A stretch of DNA of 32,000 nt from Enterobacteriaceae endosymbiont of Donacia provostii. GTDB taxonomy: Bacteria; Pseudomonadota; Gammaproteobacteria; Enterobacterales; Enterobacteriaceae. The notes beneath the pieces were generated by a model. The model was not told the DNA's origin. It worked only from the letters and a program-made list of their open reading frames with translations, and did no database searches. The DNA is taken from positions 421,918 to 453,917 of the forward strand of contig NZ_CP046206.1 in the NCBI RefSeq assembly GCF_012570145.1. Direction: 5' to 3'. A program made the position numbers and the translations under genes. Shown one piece after another: positions 10,471 to 19,746 of the stretch; position 1 is the stretch's first letter, and each line of letters begins with the position of its first letter.

Positions 10471-10484
10471 ATTTTATATTTTAA

Positions 10485-11309
10485 TTATTTTTGACATTTA
10501 TAGCAAAAAAAAGTACTTCTATTTCTTTGCTTTATTTTAGTAATTATTGTAGAACATTTTTTACAAAATTTATTTTCTCTGCCATAAACATAAAAATATT
10601 TTGAATAATTACCAATATTTTTATTAGGTAATCTATAATTAATAATAGTAGAACCTCCATGTTTAATTGATTTATTTAAAATATATTTGATATTTTTTAC
10701 TAAATATGTAATTTCTTGAAAATTTAAAGTTTTAGATTGACGTGTAGGCATTATATTTGATTTAAATAATGATTCATTTGCATATATATTACCTATACCT
10801 GTAACAATATTATTGTTCATTAATAATATTTTAATTGGAACATTTTTTTTTCTACTTATATTATATAAATATATATCATTAAATTTATATTCTAAGGGTT
10901 CAGGACCTAATTTTTTTAAAAAAATATTTTTTTTATAATTTTTTTTTTCCCATAACCAAAATCCAAATCTTCTTATATCTGTATATCGTAAAATTAAATT
11001 ATGATTAATAATCAAATCAATATGATCATGTTTATTATATGTTAATATATTTTTTTTTATATTATTTATTATAAATAATTTTCCCGTCATACCTAAATGA
11101 ATAATAATAGTATTTTGTAATAAAATTATTAAAATATACCTACCTCTTCTTTTAATATTTAAAATTTTTTGATTATTTATTTTAACAATATTTTTAGAAA
11201 TAATATATTTTAATTTTTTAATTCTTACAATAGAATAACTAATTATTTTACCCATTAATAAGGGTTTAATTATATTTTTAATAACTTCTACTTCAGGTAA
11301 TTCTGGCAT
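10485..11309 (-). CDS. mutM: Formamidopyrimidine-DNA glycosylase (Fpg/MutM); start moved to the ATG giving Met-Pro
   Basis: The tracked ORF begins at a GTG at 11327 and overlaps mnmE. The internal ATG at 11309 gives MPELPEVEV, the obligatory Fpg N-terminus (Pro is the catalytic nucleophile). A C-terminal zinc finger CKKC...CYKC is present. 274 aa versus 269 in E. coli. Confidence 0.9.
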   Translation of the reverse strand: MPELPEVEVIKNIIKPLLMGKIISYSIVRIKKLKYIISKNIVKINNQKILNIKRRGRYILIILLQNTIIIHLGMTGKLFIINNIKKNILTYNKHDHIDLIINHNLILRYTDIRRFGFWLWEKKNYKKNIFLKKLGPEPLEYKFNDIYLYNISRKKNVPIKILLMNNNIVTGIGNIYANESLFKSNIMPTRQSKTLNFQEITYLVKNIKYILNKSIKHGGSTIINYRLPNKNIGNYSKYFYVYGRENKFCKKCSTIITKIKQRNRSTFFCYKCQK

Positions 11310-11313
11310 AAGA

Positions 11314-12681
11314 TTATTTACCAACACAAAATTGTGAAAAAATATTTTTTAATAAATTTTTAGAAGTAATTTTTCCAGTAATTAAATCTAAATTTTCTTG
11401 TATTAATCGTAAATCCTCTGCTATAAGTTCTAATGAATAAGTTTTTAAAAAATTTTTTTGTCCTTTAATTAATATTTTATGAATATAATTTAATGAATCT
11501 ATATATCTATTTCTTGCTGTAAATTGGTCTTCATTATTATTAATATATATAATATTTTTTTTTATAAAATTTGTTAATATAGATATACCTGTTTTATTTT
11601 TTATAGATAATTTTATAATAACATAATCATTTTTATAAATAATTTCTGGGTTATTATTTGTAAGATCAATTTTATTACGAATAATAACAATAGGAATTTT
11701 TTTTCTAAAATTTTTTAAATTACTTTCTATTATTTGTGATAAAGAACTTTTTGTAATTATATCTTCTACTATTAAAAATATATAATTTGCATATTTTATT
11801 GTTTGTAAAGTTTTTTTTATACCTATCAATTCAATTTCATTTTCAGTTTTTCTTATACCTGCTGTATCTATAATTTCTATTGGTACTGAACTAAAATAAA
11901 TATTTTCATGTAAAATATCTCTAGTAGTTCCTGGAATATTAGTAACTATAGAAATATTTTTATTAGTAATTAAATTCATTAAACTAGATTTTCCTGAATT
12001 AGGAGGACCAATTAAGATAATTTTAATTCCTTCTTTTATTCTTATACCATTCTTGACATATTTTATAATTTCTTTTAAAAATTTTAATATTTTTTGTAAT
12101 TTTACAATAATATTATTACAAATAATAGAAAAATTAACTTCATAGTTAAATTCTAAAAAAGATTCTATTTGAACTCTTATATCAATAACTATTTTTTGTA
12201 AATTTTTTATTAATAATGAAAATTTACCATTCATTAAATTCATTGAAGAAAAAACAGCTTGTTTTGAATTAGCAGAAATAATATCAGAAATTGCTTCTGC
12301 TTGTGTTAAATCTATTTTTTTATTTAAAAAAGCTCTTTTAGAAAATTCTCCAGGAAGAGCTATTCTAATATTATTTATATTTAAAATAATATCATTTATT
12401 AATAAGTCCATTAATATAATATTACCATGACATTGTAATTCTAAAATATCTTCTCCAGTAAATGAATCTGGTTTAGGAAACCATAATGCAATACCTTTAT
12501 CTATAATTTTATTTTTATAATAAAATGGAAGATAATTTGCATATTTTGGTTTTATATATTTTAATTTTAATGTATGTTTGATAACATCAATAATATTATT
12601 ACCAGATATTCTAATGACACCTATACTACCTTGCCCTAAAGGAGTTGCTCTAGCTATTATTGTATAATATTTTTTTTCCAT
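11314..12681 (-). CDS. mnmE: tRNA modification GTPase MnmE (TrmE/ThdF)
   Basis: 455 aa. G1 GPPNSGKSS, G3 DTAGIR, G4 NKID, and the conserved C-terminal CxGK tail (FCVGK). Confidence 0.95.
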   Translation of the reverse strand: MEKKYYTIIARATPLGQGSIGVIRISGNNIIDVIKHTLKLKYIKPKYANYLPFYYKNKIIDKGIALWFPKPDSFTGEDILELQCHGNIILMDLLINDIILNINNIRIALPGEFSKRAFLNKKIDLTQAEAISDIISANSKQAVFSSMNLMNGKFSLLIKNLQKIVIDIRVQIESFLEFNYEVNFSIICNNIIVKLQKILKFLKEIIKYVKNGIRIKEGIKIILIGPPNSGKSSLMNLITNKNISIVTNIPGTTRDILHENIYFSSVPIEIIDTAGIRKTENEIELIGIKKTLQTIKYANYIFLIVEDIITKSSLSQIIESNLKNFRKKIPIVIIRNKIDLTNNNPEIIYKNDYVIIKLSIKNKTGISILTNFIKKNIIYINNNEDQFTARNRYIDSLNYIHKILIKGQKNFLKTYSLELIAEDLRLIQENLDLITGKITSKNLLKNIFSQFCVGK

Positions 12682-12692
12682 AAGTATTATAA

Positions 12693-14330
12693 TTATATAT
12701 TTTTATAATTTTTATTATTCATTTTATACATAATCCATTTTTGTTGTAAAATAGTAAATATATTATTAATAATATAATATAATACTAAACCAGAAGGAAG
12801 CCATAGAAAAAAGAAACTAAAAACAAAAGGTATTATATATATAAATTTACTTTGAATAGAATTATTATTCTCATACTTATTTTGAGATAAATATTGTATA
12901 ACTATCATAGTCAAACTCATGAAAATTGGTAGTATATAATATGGATCTTCTGATGATAGATCTTGTATCCAAAAAAGAAACTTAGCGTGTCTTAATTCAA
13001 TAGAATTAATTAACATATAATATAAAGCTAAAAAAATAGGCATTTGTATAATAAATATAAAAAATCCTGAAAAGGGATTAATGTTATTTTCTTTATATAA
13101 AGAAATTATTTTTTTACTAAAAATTTCTTTATTATTACCATATTTTTCTTTCATTTTTTGTATTTCTGGTTGTAAAAAATTCATTTTTGCAATAGTTATA
13201 TATTGTTTTTCTGATAATGGATATAATAATATCCTTATTATTAGAGTAATAATAATTATTGACAATCCCCAATTATTTACTATAGAAAAAATAAAATTTA
13301 ATAGTTGAAATAATAATTTTGATAAAAATCCTAATATACCATAATCTATAGTTAAATCTAAAAAAGGCGATATTTTAGACATAATTTTAGGAATTTTAGG
13401 TCCTATCCATAATTGAGATTTAAAATTATGTTTTTGACCTGGTAAAATTAAATAATATGGAGATTTAAATCCAATACTAATAATATTAGTATTTTTTTTA
13501 TTTATATAAATAGTATTTTTCTCAGAAAAATGTGGTAAAATCCAAACTGCAGTAAAATACTGTTGTAACATAGCTATCCATCTAGTATAATCATTCAAAT
13601 GTATATTTTTTTTTTTTAAAATATCAGAAAATTTATATTTTTTAAAATTTATTTTATTTGTTGAAAAAGCAACACCGTCAAATGTTTTTATAGTCATGTT
13701 ATTGTGTTTTTTATTTAAATATTTTTGAGGAGTAATACTAGATTTATTTATCTCACTAAAAAAACCTAAACTAATAGGTTTATTACATAGATTAAATAAA
13801 GAATGATTAATCTTAATTAAATAGCTGCCTTTTGTAAAAATAAAAGTTTTAATATATAAAATATTATTTTTTATAAAAAAAAAAGGTATTTTTAATTTAG
13901 TTTGATTTTTTTTGAGTATAAAAAATTTTGAATATGTAAAAAATTTATTATTTTTATAAAAATCTACATCATAATTTCTTTCATTTTTTATGATACCATT
14001 ATTTACTTGATAAACAAAATTAGATTTTTTTCTTAATAAAGTAAAAAATTTTTTATTATGTAATTTTTCAAAAAAATTTAATAATTTTACTTGTTCAATA
14101 CCTCCATTATTATTTATTGATATATAAAATTTATCTGTTTTTACTAAAATAGTATCTTTTTTTATGTTTTTGATAATATTTTTAGGTTTTTTTTCTAAAA
14201 AAACACTATTACTAATAATTTTTTTAATTATATTATTTTTTGTATAATTATGTATTTTTTTCCAATTATTTAAAATAATAAAACTAAATAAACAAAAAAT
14301 AATTAAAAAAATATTATTTTTTGAATTCAT
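12693..14330 (-). CDS. yidC: Membrane protein insertase YidC
   Basis: 545 aa versus 548 in E. coli. An N-terminal TM segment, a large periplasmic domain and the C-terminal 60-kDa IMP core (PLSEKQY..., MQPEIQKMKEKYG, PIFLALYYML). Conserved rpmH-rnpA-yidC-mnmE order. Confidence 0.95.
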   Translation of the reverse strand: MNSKNNIFLIIFCLFSFIILNNWKKIHNYTKNNIIKKIISNSVFLEKKPKNIIKNIKKDTILVKTDKFYISINNNGGIEQVKLLNFFEKLHNKKFFTLLRKKSNFVYQVNNGIIKNERNYDVDFYKNNKFFTYSKFFILKKNQTKLKIPFFFIKNNILYIKTFIFTKGSYLIKINHSLFNLCNKPISLGFFSEINKSSITPQKYLNKKHNNMTIKTFDGVAFSTNKINFKKYKFSDILKKKNIHLNDYTRWIAMLQQYFTAVWILPHFSEKNTIYINKKNTNIISIGFKSPYYLILPGQKHNFKSQLWIGPKIPKIMSKISPFLDLTIDYGILGFLSKLLFQLLNFIFSIVNNWGLSIIIITLIIRILLYPLSEKQYITIAKMNFLQPEIQKMKEKYGNNKEIFSKKIISLYKENNINPFSGFFIFIIQMPIFLALYYMLINSIELRHAKFLFWIQDLSSEDPYYILPIFMSLTMIVIQYLSQNKYENNNSIQSKFIYIIPFVFSFFFLWLPSGLVLYYIINNIFTILQQKWIMYKMNNKNYKNI

Positions 14331-14418
14331 TATTTATATTCTCATTTTTAATTAAAAATATTATTTTAATTGTAACGTAAAAAAATAATTAAATCTTATT
14401 TTTATTTTAAAATTAAAC

Positions 14419-14757
14419 TTATTTTTTAAAATTAAACCAAATATTTTCTAAATATTTTTTGAAATACAAAATATTAATTTTTAATATATTTTTATTTCTT
14501 AATATAATAATATAATCTCTATCTAAAAATAAATATTGATTTAAACGAAAATATTCACGAATTATTCTTTTAAATTTATTTCTAATATTTGTTTTATTTA
14601 TTAATTTTTTAGAAATAATTATACCTATTCTAGGATATTTAATTTGATTTTTTTTATTTAAAATAATAAAATATAAATTATTTACCCTATTATTTTTTTT
14701 AAAAATATTATTAAATTCTACTGAATTTAAACGTTGATTTTTAGAAAAATTAAACAT
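14419..14757 (-). CDS. rnpA: RNase P protein component
   Basis: 112 aa, very basic, with an RNR-like motif IRNKFKRIIRE. Starts 6 nt after the rpmH stop, in the conserved rpmH-rnpA pair. Confidence 0.85.
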   Translation of the reverse strand: MFNFSKNQRLNSVEFNNIFKKNNRVNNLYFIILNKKNQIKYPRIGIIISKKLINKTNIRNKFKRIIREYFRLNQYLFLDRDYIIILRNKNILKINILYFKKYLENIWFNFKK

Positions 14758-14763
14758 TATTAT

Positions 14764-14913
14764 TTAAATTTTTTTATCTGAAATACTTAAATAAATACGT
14801 TTTTTAGCACGACGACGATTTATAATTTGTCGACCATTTTTTGTTTTCATTCTATGTCTAAATCCATGAGATCTATTTCTTTTTAATATAGATGGTTGAA
14901 AAGTACGTTTCAT
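14764..14913 (-). CDS. rpmH: 50S ribosomal protein L34
   Basis: Not in the ORF track. My hand translation of the minus strand from the ATG at 14913 gives [49 protein letters not shown] (49 aa, TAA at 14766-14764). This is near-identical to the E. coli L34 N-terminus as I recall it. Confidence 0.92.
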   Translation of the reverse strand: MKRTFQPSILKRNRSHGFRHRMKTKNGRQIINRRRAKKRIYLSISDKKI

Positions 14914-14981
14914 TTAATTTACACTGTATATAATTACAATATGATATATTATATACGTAAAATTATTTTTTATATATATTT

Positions 14982-15002
14982 TTTACAATTTAAAATTGTA
15001 AA
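14982..15002. repeat. 21-bp palindrome (10-bp perfect arms around one base) in the rpmH-dnaN spacer
   Basis: tttacaattt (14982-14991), a (14992), aaattgtaaa (14993-15002); each arm pair was checked base by base. Function unknown. Confidence 0.9.
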
Positions 15003-15096
15003 TTTATATATTTTTTAATATAAAATTGAAAATATATAGTATACTATTATATATAAATAATAGTTTTGTATTATATATTAATTAATATACAAATAT

Positions 15097-16218
15097 ATGG
15101 AAAATAATATTACTATTAATAGAGAATTAATTATTAAACCATTACAATATGTTACTAATATTATTAGTAATAGATCTATATATCCTAATTTAAATAATAT
15201 TTTAGTAAAATTTTTAGATAAAGGAATAATATTATTTAAAAGTACTAATCTAGAAATAGAAATTACATCTTTTATTAAAGATAAAAATTTAAATCAAAAT
15301 CATTCTTTTATAATTCAAGGTAAAAAATTTTATAATATATGTCGTTCTTTTACTAAAGGAGAAAATATTAATATAATTTTTAATACAAATCAAATAATTA
15401 TATCTACAAAATATTCTTATTTTAAGATAACTACATTACCCGCAGAAGATTTTCCAAATATAAAATTTTCTAAATATGATATAAAGTTTAATTTAACACA
15501 TCAAATAATAAAAGATTTTATAAACACTACTTATTTTTCAATAGCAGATAATGATGTAAGAAAATATTTAAATGGGTTATGTTTACAAACTAAAAATAAT
15601 TTTTTAAATATTATATCAACTAATGGACATAGATTATCCTTTTATAAATATAAATTAAATAATATTTTTGAAAATTATAGTATTATAATTCCTCGTAAAA
15701 GTATTTTTGAATTATCTAAATTAATAAATAATACTAATGAATTAGTGACTATTAAAATTAATAATAATAATATTTGTTTTACTTTTAAAAGTATGAAATT
15801 TATATCTAAATTAATTTCAAGTAATTTTCCTAATTATCAAAAAATTATACCTACATTATATTATCAAATTATTAAAATTAATCGCATTTTATTAAAAAAT
15901 GCTTTAAATAGAATTTCTATTTTAGTAAATGAAAAAACAAAGGGAGTGCATTTATCGTTAGATGATAAATATTTAAAAATTTTTACTAAAAATGTAAATA
16001 ATGAAAAAGCTAAAGAAATATTAAAAATAGAAGAATTTCAAAAAAAAAAGGAATATAATATTAAAATATCATTTAATATTAATTATTTAATAGATGTTAT
16101 AAATATATTAGATAGTAGTTATATTAAAATATTTTTTATTGATAATATTTCAAATATTAAAATAGAAGATAATAATAATGAGAATAAATTTTTTTTAATT
16201 ATGCCAATGAAAATATAA
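15097..16218 (+). CDS. dnaN: DNA polymerase III beta sliding clamp
   Basis: 373 aa versus 366 in E. coli. Aligns end to end (RELIIKPLQ, TNLEIEI, LPAEDFPN, DVRKYLNGL, TNGHRLS, IIPRKSI, C-terminal IMPMKI). Confidence 0.93.
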   Translation: MENNITINRELIIKPLQYVTNIISNRSIYPNLNNILVKFLDKGIILFKSTNLEIEITSFIKDKNLNQNHSFIIQGKKFYNICRSFTKGENINIIFNTNQIIISTKYSYFKITTLPAEDFPNIKFSKYDIKFNLTHQIIKDFINTTYFSIADNDVRKYLNGLCLQTKNNFLNIISTNGHRLSFYKYKLNNIFENYSIIIPRKSIFELSKLINNTNELVTIKINNNNICFTFKSMKFISKLISSNFPNYQKIIPTLYYQIIKINRILLKNALNRISILVNEKTKGVHLSLDDKYLKIFTKNVNNEKAKEILKIEEFQKKKEYNIKISFNINYLIDVINILDSSYIKIFFIDNISNIKIEDNNNENKFFLIMPMKI

Positions 16219-16253
16219 ATTTTCTTTAATTTCAAATAAAATGAGAGTTAAAT

Positions 16254-18656
16254 TTGACCAATAAATATTATGATTCATCAAGTATTCAAATTTTGAAAGG
16301 ATTAGATGCAGTTAAAAAAAGACCAGGAATGTATATTGGAAATATAGATGATGGAACAGGATTACATCATATGGTATTTGAAGTTATAGATAATTCTATA
16401 GACGAATCTCTTGCTGGTTTTTGCAAAAATATACAAGTAATTATACATAAAGATAATTCTGTTTCTATTGTCGATGATGGAAGAGGAATACCAATAGATA
16501 TACATAAAGAAGCTAAAATATCAGCTGCAGAAGTTATTATGACTATATTACATTCAGGAGGAAAATTTAATAATAAATCTTATAAATTATCAGGAGGTTT
16601 ACATGGAGTAGGAATTTCTGTTGTTAATGCTTTATCTAAAAAATTAGAATTAATTATTAGAAGAAATGGACAATTATATAAGCAAATATATTTTTATGGA
16701 ATACCGCAAGAAAGATTAAAAATTATTGGTACTAGTAATAGTACTGGTACTCATATTAGATTTTGGCCTGATTATGATATTTTTACTACAATTCAAAATT
16801 TTAATTATCAAATATTATATAATAGATTAAAGGAATTATCTTTTTTAAATTCAGGGTTAACTATTTCTATTTTTGATAAAAAAACTAATAAAAAAAATAT
16901 TTTTCAATATAAGGGAGGTATTAAAGAATATATTATATATTTAAATAAAAAAAATAATTTTATTCATAAACAAATATTTTACTGTTATACAAAAAATGAT
17001 AATATTAGTATAGAAGTTGCAATGAAATGGAATAATTCTTTTGATGAAAAAATATATTGTTTTACAAATAATATACCTCAAAACAATGGAGGTACTCATT
17101 TATCTGGATTAAAATCAGCTATTACTAGAACAATAAAACTTTATATAGATAAGGAGGGTTTTAATAAAAAAAAAAACATTAATTTAAAAGGAGAAGATAC
17201 TAGAGAAGGTTTAATTGCGATTATATCAATAAAAATTTCAAATCCGAAATTTTCATCTCAGACAAAAGAAAAATTAATATCATCAGAAGTAAAGTCATTA
17301 GTAGAATGTTATATCAATAAACAATTAATGTTTTTTTTATTAGAAAATCCAAATGATACTAAAAATATTATAGAAAAAATTATCAGTGCAGCTAAAATTA
17401 GAGATACAGTTCGTAAAACTAAAAATATAATAAAACATCAAAATATAAATAACATTTCAAGACTACCAGGTAAATTATCTGATTGTCAAGAAAATAATCC
17501 TAAATTATCTGAAATTTATTTAGTAGAAGGAGATTCAGCTGGAGGATCAGCTAAACAAGGCAGAAATAGAAAAACACAAGCAATTTTACCACTAAAAGGT
17601 AAAATTTTAAATGTAGAAAAAGCTAGATTTAATAAAATTCTTACTTCACAAGAAATAATTACTTTAATTACAGCATTAGGTTTTAATATTCATTTAGGAA
17701 AATATAATTTAGATGATTTAAGATATCATAATATTATTATTATGACAGATGCAGATGTTGATGGAGCTCATATTCGTACTTTATTATTAACATTTTTTTA
17801 TCGTCAAATTCCTCAAATTATTGAAAAAGGACATATATATATAGCACAACCTCCACTTTTCCGAATTAAAAAAGGTCATAAAAAATTTTATATTAAAAAT
17901 AATGAAGAAATGGAAATATTTATATTAAATTTAGCTGTTAAAAAATCTGCATTTTTTTTTAAAAAATCTAAAGAAAAATTAACTAATAAAGAATTAATTA
18001 AATTGATTAATGATTATAATCATGTAAAAAATATTATAAAGTTTTCTAAATATAATATTAATAATAATATATTACATGCATTATTATATAATGAAAAACT
18101 AAATAATTTTATAAATTTAGACTTATGGTTAAATAAATTAATTTTATTTTTAAAAAAAAATTATACAAATATTAAATTTTCAAGTAAAATAAACAAAAAT
18201 ATTAATAAAAATATTTTCGAATTAATAATCTATGAAAATAAATATGAAAATATAAATCAATATTTATTAAATAATGATTTTTTTATTAGTAAAGAATATA
18301 ATAAAATATGTTTATTAGGAAATAAATTATGTTATTTACAAAAGAAAGGTTTTCTTTATGTAAAGAAGGGAGAAAAATATAAAAATATTAATTCATTAGA
18401 AGAAGGAATGGATTGGTTATTAAAGGAATCTAAAAAAAGTTTTTCTATACAAAGATATAAAGGATTAGGTGAAATGAATCCTAATCAATTATGGAAAACT
18501 ACTATGAATCCCCTAACTCGTAATATGTTAAAAGTAACAATTAAAGATGCTATTATAGCAGATAAATTATTTTCAACATTAATGGGTGATGAAGTAGAAC
18601 CTAGAAAATTATTTATAAAAGAAAATGCTTTAAAAGCATTAAATATTGATTTTTAA
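16254..18656 (+). CDS. gyrB: DNA gyrase subunit B (TTG start)
   Basis: 800 aa versus 804 in E. coli. YDSSSIQILKGLDAVKKRPGMYIG, GLHHMVFEVIDNSIDE, Toprim EIYLVEGDSAGGSA, IMTDADVDGAHIRTLLLTFF. An in-frame TGA at 16242 leaves TTG 16254 as the only start, with GAGAG 6 nt upstream. Confidence 0.97.
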   Translation: MTNKYYDSSSIQILKGLDAVKKRPGMYIGNIDDGTGLHHMVFEVIDNSIDESLAGFCKNIQVIIHKDNSVSIVDDGRGIPIDIHKEAKISAAEVIMTILHSGGKFNNKSYKLSGGLHGVGISVVNALSKKLELIIRRNGQLYKQIYFYGIPQERLKIIGTSNSTGTHIRFWPDYDIFTTIQNFNYQILYNRLKELSFLNSGLTISIFDKKTNKKNIFQYKGGIKEYIIYLNKKNNFIHKQIFYCYTKNDNISIEVAMKWNNSFDEKIYCFTNNIPQNNGGTHLSGLKSAITRTIKLYIDKEGFNKKKNINLKGEDTREGLIAIISIKISNPKFSSQTKEKLISSEVKSLVECYINKQLMFFLLENPNDTKNIIEKIISAAKIRDTVRKTKNIIKHQNINNISRLPGKLSDCQENNPKLSEIYLVEGDSAGGSAKQGRNRKTQAILPLKGKILNVEKARFNKILTSQEIITLITALGFNIHLGKYNLDDLRYHNIIIMTDADVDGAHIRTLLLTFFYRQIPQIIEKGHIYIAQPPLFRIKKGHKKFYIKNNEEMEIFILNLAVKKSAFFFKKSKEKLTNKELIKLINDYNHVKNIIKFSKYNINNNILHALLYNEKLNNFINLDLWLNKLILFLKKNYTNIKFSSKINKNINKNIFELIIYENKYENINQYLLNNDFFISKEYNKICLLGNKLCYLQKKGFLYVKKGEKYKNINSLEEGMDWLLKESKKSFSIQRYKGLGEMNPNQLWKTTMNPLTRNMLKVTIKDAIIADKLFSTLMGDEVEPRKLFIKENALKALNIDF

Positions 18657-18696
18657 ATTTTTAATTAAATGAATAATTAATCTTAGATAAGTAGTT

Positions 18697-18743
18697 TTTA
18701 AATCTATAGAAAATTAACCGCTATTTAAATCTATAGATTTAAA
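18697..18743 (+). terminator. Candidate intrinsic terminator for gyrB, with its 3' arm inside the rpoZ coding end
   Basis: tttaaatctataga (18697-18710) can pair perfectly with tctatagatttaaa (18730-18743), giving a 14-bp stem and 19-nt loop, followed on the plus strand by a-tttt-cttct. The minus-strand transcript would have no U-tract after the stem. Confidence 0.4.
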
Positions 18744-18968
18744 ATTTTCTTCTATATTATTTCTATCGTACTTATTTATAATTTCTTTATTAATTAAACC
18801 TTGTTCAATTTCACGTAGAGCTAAAATAGTTGTCTTATTATTATTTTCTGATAATAATGGAATTTTACCTCTTATTTGTATTTGTCTTGCTCTTTTAGAA
18901 GCGAGAATAACTAAATCAAATCTATTACCTATTTTTTTAACAGCTTTTTCTACTGTAACTTTAGCCAT
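18714..18968 (-). CDS. rpoZ: RNA polymerase omega subunit
   Basis: 84 aa. [31 protein letters not shown] and [15 protein letters not shown] match E. coli RpoZ as I recall it. Confidence 0.9.
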   Translation of the reverse strand: MAKVTVEKAVKKIGNRFDLVILASKRARQIQIRGKIPLLSENNNKTTILALREIEQGLINKEIINKYDRNNIEENFKSIDLNSG

Positions 18969-19087
18969 AATATTTTTTCTTTTGTAAAAAATTTTTTATA
19001 TTTAAATATTATTAATAATTTTCATTATATCATATATATATTTAAGATATATAAATTTTAACAATATAATTAAAGGATAAAAATAAT

Positions 19088-19627
19088 ATGAATTATAATA
19101 ATATTCCTTCTGGAAAAAATATTCCTAATGATATTAATGTAATTATTGAAATTTCTTCTTATTCTCATCCAATAAAATATGAAGTTAATAAAAAATATGG
19201 AACATTATTTGTAGATCGTTTTATTAATACACCTATGTTTTATCCATGTAACTATGGATATATAAATAATACTTTATCATTAGATAATGATCCATTAGAT
19301 GTTTTAGTTATAACTAATTATTCTATTTTACCAGGAACTGTTATACGATGTCGTCCTATAGGAATATTAAATATGATAGATGAATCAGGAAATGATAAAA
19401 AAATTATTGCTGTCCCACATGATATAATTTCAAAAGAATATTCATTAATTAAAAAAATTAAAGATTTACCTATTTTATTACAAAAACAGATTATATATTT
19501 TTTTAAACATTATAAAGATTTAGAAAAAAATAAATGGTGTAAAATAAATAATTGGGGAAATTTATTTCAAGCACAAGAAGAAATTTTATTTTCTATTAAA
19601 AGATTTAAAGAAAATAATATTAGATAA
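19088..19627 (+). CDS. ppa: Inorganic pyrophosphatase (family I)
   Basis: 179 aa. [67 protein letters not shown] lies upstream. Confidence 0.95.
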   Translation: MNYNNIPSGKNIPNDINVIIEISSYSHPIKYEVNKKYGTLFVDRFINTPMFYPCNYGYINNTLSLDNDPLDVLVITNYSILPGTVIRCRPIGILNMIDESGNDKKIIAVPHDIISKEYSLIKKIKDLPILLQKQIIYFFKHYKDLEKNKWCKINNWGNLFQAQEEILFSIKRFKENNIR

Positions 19628-19746
19628 TATCATTATTTATAAAATTTATATTTAAAAATAAAAAATATAAAATATTTATTAATTTTTTTATATATATAAT
19701 ATATATATTTAATTATATATATTTTAAAATATATAAAGGAAATAAA

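Noticed and set aside
10485-11327. Tracked 280-aa mutM ORF starting at GTG 11327 and overlapping mnmE.
   Set aside because: It is replaced by the ATG at 11309, which gives the mandatory Met-Pro N-terminus of Fpg.
13081-13308. 75-aa ORF on the plus strand.
   Set aside because: It lies entirely antisense inside yidC, with a low-complexity hydrophobic translation.
14997-15025. Promoter-like hexamers (ttgtaa, then 16-17 nt, then tataaa) upstream of dnaN, and similar matches in other spacers.
   Set aside because: At more than 90% A+T, TATAAT-like and TTGACA-like hexamers occur everywhere. Without 5'-end data any promoter call would be guesswork.
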